A stretch of 49,997 nt of DNA from a virus. Taxonomy: Duplodnaviria; Caudoviricetes. Both the position numbers and the translations under genes were made by a program. The notes beneath the pieces are model-generated. The model did not search any database and was not told where the DNA came from. It was given only the letters and a program-made list of their open reading frames with translations. Shown here in pieces: positions 46,156-49,997 of this stretch; position 1 is the stretch's first letter, and each line of letters begins with the position of its first letter. Where the stretch lies: IMG/VR virus record IMGVR_UViG_3300020235_000072, positions 1 to 49,997 of that record, one strand, 5' to 3'.

Positions 46156-46453
46156 GGGTATCAGGCTCCCAACTATCGAGTGCTTCCTCTATGTCCACAC
46201 CCCACAGGTCAAGGAAGTCAGTGATGGAGCCGAGGTCATAGAGGTAGAACAGCACACCCTTCCGACTGGGTGACAGCACCTCGATCTGTGCTTCATGCAC
46301 CTTGACGATCTCCAACCAGAACTTCTCGCCGGGGCAGTGAGGTGAGGGTGCCTCGTAGTGCCACTCCATGTCGCACCATATCTGCCAGTCAAGGGCAGCA
46401 CCACAAGAGGACACAGGATCACCCGTCAGTACGCCTGAGTGGGGGTGGGTCAT
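46145..46453 (-). CDS. Hypothetical early protein, 102 aa
   Basis: Coupled ORF. Confidence 0.6.
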   Translation of the reverse strand: MTHPHSGVLTGDPVSSCGAALDWQIWCDMEWHYEAPSPHCPGEKFWLEIVKVHEAQIEVLSPSRKGVLFYLYDLGSITDFLDLWGVDIEEALDSWEPDTHDY

Positions 46454-46779
46454 GCCAGCACCACCAGCAGGCCATCGGGCCAGTCATAGGACGCCTTCAT
46501 TATCTTCGTCAACACCTCAATCACCTCATCGACACTGCCATGCGTGATGCCGTGATGCTGGATGATGTCCTCGTACACGGGGCGGTAGGCACGGACATGC
46601 TGAAGGGAACGCTCAACGTGGGGTGCGATAGCGTTACCGCACCACCCGTCGATACCCTTCAGCCCCGCCCCACCCAAGGCACGAACGAACAGGGGTTGGA
46701 GGTTGAACGTCACGTTGAGGTCATCGAGGCGGTCCCTCTCCTCCCGTGACTCAGCCATCATCTTGATGTCGTAGCTCAT
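46450..46779 (-). CDS. Hypothetical early protein, 109 aa (MSYDIK...)
   Basis: ATGA coupling; NVTFNL motif. Confidence 0.7.
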   Translation of the reverse strand: MSYDIKMMAESREERDRLDDLNVTFNLQPLFVRALGGAGLKGIDGWCGNAIAPHVERSLQHVRAYRPVYEDIIQHHGITHGSVDEVIEVLTKIMKASYDWPDGLLVVLA

Positions 46780-46973
46780 GCTCCCCACCCTCTCCCCCAA
46801 TGGTCAGGGCCGAGGGTCACATGGTGCGGGAAGCCGGTGAGCTTAGCCGCCTCATCCCGTGCCACCTTGGCATCCACCTTGTTCCCGAAGTACCGAACAC
46901 CATCACCATCCTGCTCTGAGTCCCACCTCAGTGGGTCACCCGCCGCACTGCGTACCTGAAACAATCGCTTCAT
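46776..46973 (-). CDS. Hypothetical early protein, 65 aa
   Basis: GAAGGAG SD. Confidence 0.7.
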   Translation of the reverse strand: MKRLFQVRSAAGDPLRWDSEQDGDGVRYFGNKVDAKVARDEAAKLTGFPHHVTLGPDHWGRGWGA

Positions 46974-47305
46974 CAGAGATTCTCCTTCAACTCAGTATGC
47001 AGGGTGTATGCCCTGTACAAGGCGATCCTGAATGCGATCACCTCATCACACAAGAGGTCAACCTTCTTCAACACGGGTGAGGTAGAGGTGTTATCCCAAC
47101 ACTCGAAGTCGAGGTTGATCATGCGAGAACAATCAGCCAACGTGAACACCACGGTGGGTCCGTCCACCCAAGGCTTCATCTTGTTCTTCCCAGCATGCAG
47201 CTTGGGCATGCCTACAGACCAGAGGATATGGCCTGACCCCGATGGGTTGAGCCACTTCCTGTGCGACACCGCCTTCTCAAGGACAGGGTAAGGCTTGACG
47301 CTCAT
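46973..47305 (-). CDS. Hypothetical early protein, 110 aa
   Basis: Coupled ORF. Confidence 0.65.
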   Translation of the reverse strand: MSVKPYPVLEKAVSHRKWLNPSGSGHILWSVGMPKLHAGKNKMKPWVDGPTVVFTLADCSRMINLDFECWDNTSTSPVLKKVDLLCDEVIAFRIALYRAYTLHTELKENL

Positions 47306-47694
47306 TCAGCACCATCCCGGTAGTCGAAGGGCTCATGCTCATCGTACTCACCCGTGCTGAAGTTACGCCAGCCATCATGGTACTCCTCCTCAGTCTCAGC
47401 CTCGAAGGAGTGCGGAGCCCCGCAACAGCCACACCCCGCCGTCTGATCGGGGTCAATCCCCGTAGCACAGTAGAAGGAGGAGATGGCGTCGAAGTACGCA
47501 GTCTCTGCGTCCTCCTCCTCGGACATGAACCACGCCCCATTGGCAGGGTCGCCGCTCTTATGCACCAGCCACCCCGCCTCAATGAGGGCATCACCATCGG
47601 CCTCATTGATCCATTGCATGCCACCGCTGTTACAGTGACGGTACTCAACTCGATACAGTGTCATCAGTCCGCTCCTTAGTAAGGGCTTCATCAC
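47302..47694 (-). CDS. Acidic early protein with GCGCCG motif
   Basis: HCNSGG...GCGCCGAPHSF; start may be internal (MTLYRV) after AAGGAG. Confidence 0.7.
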   Translation of the reverse strand: MMKPLLRSGLMTLYRVEYRHCNSGGMQWINEADGDALIEAGWLVHKSGDPANGAWFMSEEEDAETAYFDAISSFYCATGIDPDQTAGCGCCGAPHSFEAETEEEYHDGWRNFSTGEYDEHEPFDYRDGAE

Positions 47695-48120
47695 TCAACT
47701 CAGCCAACACCTTCTCGACGCTCTCCCATGGTATGATGTACTCGTTCTCGGTGTAGTCATAGGCCCGCACCTTGAACAGCTTGCACCACACGGTGAACAG
47801 GGTCTTCCGGTCAGGCATCGTTCAGCCCTCCCAACGCAGCGAGGATGTAGCGATCCCGCCACCCCGCACCCCACATGGCAGCCATGTACTCCCGTGCCAC
47901 AGTACCATCGGATGCGGTGAACATCTCCGTCATCGACGACGTACCCTTGTTGATAGCGACGTACCGGTGCATCACAGTACCTTCCGTATCATGGCCGAGT
48001 TGCCCGCTTGTCCAGTCTTGAAGCCCATCGCTATGAACTGCCAGACGAAGCCGACCACGAACGAGGGCAAGTGCAGGCTGATCAGGAACAAACGGATGAC
48101 GGTCATCATGTGCTGCTTCA

Positions 48121-48345
48121 TTACACGGCTTTCTTTAGCGACACGGTCGCAACGTAAGAGGTGACGAGGGTGCCGAACATGAACTCAGCCGGGACACCAG
48201 TGACGATGTTCACCACCTTGGCAAGGCCCGTGCCATCAGCACCCAGCATCCTCAGGTAGTAGTGACCGTTGTACTCAAACACAGAGCCCGCCTTCATCGA
48301 GCCCACCGAGGGCAAGCCAGAGGGGGTATCAAAGGACAGTATCAT
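48121..48345 (-). CDS. Hypothetical protein, paralogue of 40651..40872
   Basis: MKAGSVFEYNGHYYL...VTSYVATVSL. Confidence 0.75.
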   Translation of the reverse strand: MILSFDTPSGLPSVGSMKAGSVFEYNGHYYLRMLGADGTGLAKVVNIVTGVPAEFMFGTLVTSYVATVSLKKAV

Positions 48346-48716
48346 CAGTCATTCTCCATATCCATGGGTCTCAGAAGGTGGTCAACCCAACGCTGTGCGT
48401 CGGCGTAGCCCTCTTCTGTTACGGGGAAGGTACGCATCGAAGTCCTCCATCCCCATGCGTTGGGTGCATCCCGCCTTGGAGCCACGGTCTCCCCGTTGCA
48501 GCCATACAGGTTGTACTCAACATGCCATCGCATCTCCTTGATCCCAAAGCCCCGATCAGCAGCCATCCACTCCTGCCACTTGGTCAGGCGGTACTGATGG
48601 GAGCCGAGGCAGTACACGGTCGGTGTGTTCACCTTGATCCTCCAATGGGGACCCCAAGGGGTCCCTCTGTTCTCTTCAAGGGGGGTCACGGCTCTCGCAA
48701 CCCTATAACCCTGCAT
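48345..48716 (-). CDS. Hypothetical early protein, 123 aa
   Basis: Coupled ORF. Confidence 0.6.
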   Translation of the reverse strand: MQGYRVARAVTPLEENRGTPWGPHWRIKVNTPTVYCLGSHQYRLTKWQEWMAADRGFGIKEMRWHVEYNLYGCNGETVAPRRDAPNAWGWRTSMRTFPVTEEGYADAQRWVDHLLRPMDMEND

Positions 48717-48725
48717 TGTGGGACC

Positions 48726-49052
48726 CTAAAGGGGACTCCCTCCGGGAGAGTCCCGATCTTCCGTCCCTCCCCACCCATGCTCTCCCTCCCAGTCAGCCCA
48801 GCAATGCCAGCACTCACACTCCGTACACCACCCTTGCAGCCCACGCTGCGGGTCCATGCGGATGGTAGCGGGGCCACTGTCGTGACACACGGCATCAGCC
48901 AGTGCCTGAAGGGCCGTGTTCCTCTCCCTCCGCAGGGAGTCACGGTCAAGGATGAGGACCTTCACCTCCACCTTCACGTTGTCCAGTATGGCCTTCAACT
49001 GGGCCAGCACTGACCTGTCCATCTCCGGGTCAGGGGGTATGTTACCTACCAT
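48726..49052 (-). CDS. Hypothetical protein with coiled coil and Cys/His cluster, 108 aa
   Basis: GGAGGT SD; CHD...WCTECECWHC. Confidence 0.6.
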   Translation of the reverse strand: MVGNIPPDPEMDRSVLAQLKAILDNVKVEVKVLILDRDSLRRERNTALQALADAVCHDSGPATIRMDPQRGLQGWCTECECWHCWADWEGEHGWGGTEDRDSPGGSPL

Positions 49053-49293
49053 TATACACCACCTCCCCGACCAGCATCTCGCCCGCCTGCTCCAACAGAC
49101 ACATGAACCAGTGCCCATCCACACAGTGGAGATGGGCGGTGCGTAGAGTGCCACCCTCTACCAACTCAACGATGGCCTGCACCCGCATCACCCCGTTACC
49201 GGCGATGACAGGGCCAACTCTACGCTGCACCTTGCCGAACACACCCTCCAACACCTTCACCCGCACCTTAGCGGGTCCTCTGTCGTACCCCAT
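49042..49293 (-). CDS. Hypothetical early protein, 83 aa
   Basis: TAATG coupling. Confidence 0.6.
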   Translation of the reverse strand: MGYDRGPAKVRVKVLEGVFGKVQRRVGPVIAGNGVMRVQAIVELVEGGTLRTAHLHCVDGHWFMCLLEQAGEMLVGEVVYNGR

Positions 49294-49484
49294 TACGCAC
49301 CGCCCTTCTTGAACGCACTCACGCCCATGTTGGGGTTGGATGCCCGCACAATACGACACAGCTTGTCGATGGTAGCGGCGTTGAACCACCACCCGTTTCG
49401 TGCCAGCCTCATAGCCAGCTTGTCACGCATCTCATCACCACCCATATGAATGAGTGGCTTGAGCTTCCGATTGTCCTGCTTCAT
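49293..49484 (-). CDS. Basic hypothetical protein, 63 aa, immediately downstream of the TLD RNA
   Basis: AAAGGAG SD. Confidence 0.7.
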   Translation of the reverse strand: MKQDNRKLKPLIHMGGDEMRDKLAMRLARNGWWFNAATIDKLCRIVRASNPNMGVSAFKKGGA

Positions 49485-49527
49485 CAGGGTTCTCCTTTAC
49501 GCAGGGACACGCCTCCAGTACAGACAA

Positions 49528-49612
49528 TGGAGCCGGGGGGAATCGAACCCCCGTGCTGGTCGGAGCACAGTCACCCCGTGCTTTACCGCCAGTCGAACCC
49601 AGTTGCGGCCCC
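49528..49612 (-). ncRNA. Mini-tmRNA consisting of the tRNA-like domain (TLD) only; no mRNA-like domain
   Basis: GGGGCCG/CGGCUCC acceptor with G3-U70 and discriminator A; stemless D-loop CAACUGGGUUCGA; CUGG/CCAG P2a; CAC linker; GGGGG-UUCGAUU-CCCCC T-arm; short capped hairpin instead of pseudoknots and tag. The 5' half recurs at 1..43. Confidence 0.88.
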
Positions 49613-49997
49613 AATCCACCCACCCTTGGCCTCCCCTAGCACATCACTACAATGTAGCAAAGTGCCGTGCATTGTGACATGGTGAGGGGTAGATACACCC
49701 TGTCATCCACCCACCTCCACGCCTCAGTCATACAGGCCAGTGAGATAAGCATCACATCGTTCCTCTATCTGCCTCAGGTGCCACGCCTCAGCCTCCAGCG
49801 TCGAAGCCACGGCTATCCGCAGCCTCTCAGGCATCGACGGAGCAGGACGATAGGCCCACCCCGCTCCCGCTATGGCTGCCCCCTTCATGCGTTGATCCAT
49901 GCGGCTCTGCCTGTACACACGCAGCCTCTTGGGCATGCGGTGTATCACGTTACGCAGTGCTAACCCCATGACTCCACCTCCACGCACACAGCCCACA
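49570..49997. repeat. Imperfect terminal overlap, copy 2 (matches 1..428)
   Basis: Same alignment; begins gtcaccccgtgctttacc at 49570. Confidence 0.95.
49724..49969 (-). CDS. Second allele of the 155..400 protein
   Basis: Identical protein except C-terminus LTGLYD versus AAGWYD. Confidence 0.8.
   Translation of the reverse strand: MGLALRNVIHRMPKRLRVYRQSRMDQRMKGAAIAGAGWAYRPAPSMPERLRIAVASTLEAEAWHLRQIEERCDAYLTGLYD

Larger units (their letters stand above)
1..49569 (-). mobile_element. Complete, circularly permuted T7-like (Autographiviridae-type) lytic phage genome
   Basis: Single-subunit RNAP, gp2.5/gp4/gp5/gp6-like replication block, portal-scaffold-capsid-tail tube-ejection protein-terminase order, all on one strand; terminal 428-bp overlap closes the circle. 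Confidence 0.95.

Noticed and set aside
49528-49612. Ordinary tRNA-Ala or an attP fragment of host ssrA
   Set aside because: No D-stem and no 7-nt anticodon loop; both ssrA-like ends are present and joined by a paired hairpin, whereas att sites carry one end; no integrase in the genome

Overview
The window is essentially one complete, circularly permuted ~49.6 kb lytic T7-like (Autographiviridae-type) phage genome with all credible genes on the minus strand. Positions 1..428 repeat, with 15 mismatches by my count, at 49570..49997, giving a unit length of ~49,569 bp. Transcription order starts in a non-coding end/promoter region (~1690-3000) and continues through ~12 kb of small early ORFs across the contig junction. 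Then come a trypsin-like protease, single-subunit RNA polymerase, nucleotide-metabolism genes, SSB, a RusA-type resolvase, primase-helicase, DNA polymerase A, ligase, dNMP kinase and exonuclease. Late genes are portal, scaffold, major capsid, fibres, tail tubes, three ejection proteins, lysis-like membrane genes and both terminase subunits. I found no integrase, CRISPR array, reverse transcriptase or canonical endolysin. The most striking unexplained element is an 85-nt RNA gene (49528..49612, minus) that folds into the tRNA-like domain of tmRNA (G3-U70 alanine acceptor, stemless D-loop, T-arm) but has no tag-coding region, suggesting an SmpB decoy or modulator of trans-translation. Other leads: a ~720-nt structured early leader, a 21-copy TTATCGG array near the probable termini, candidate overprinted ORFs in the polymerase and helicase, a Lys-rich 34-aa microprotein, and a structured capsid leader. 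All calls come from manual motif recognition; no database searches were run.
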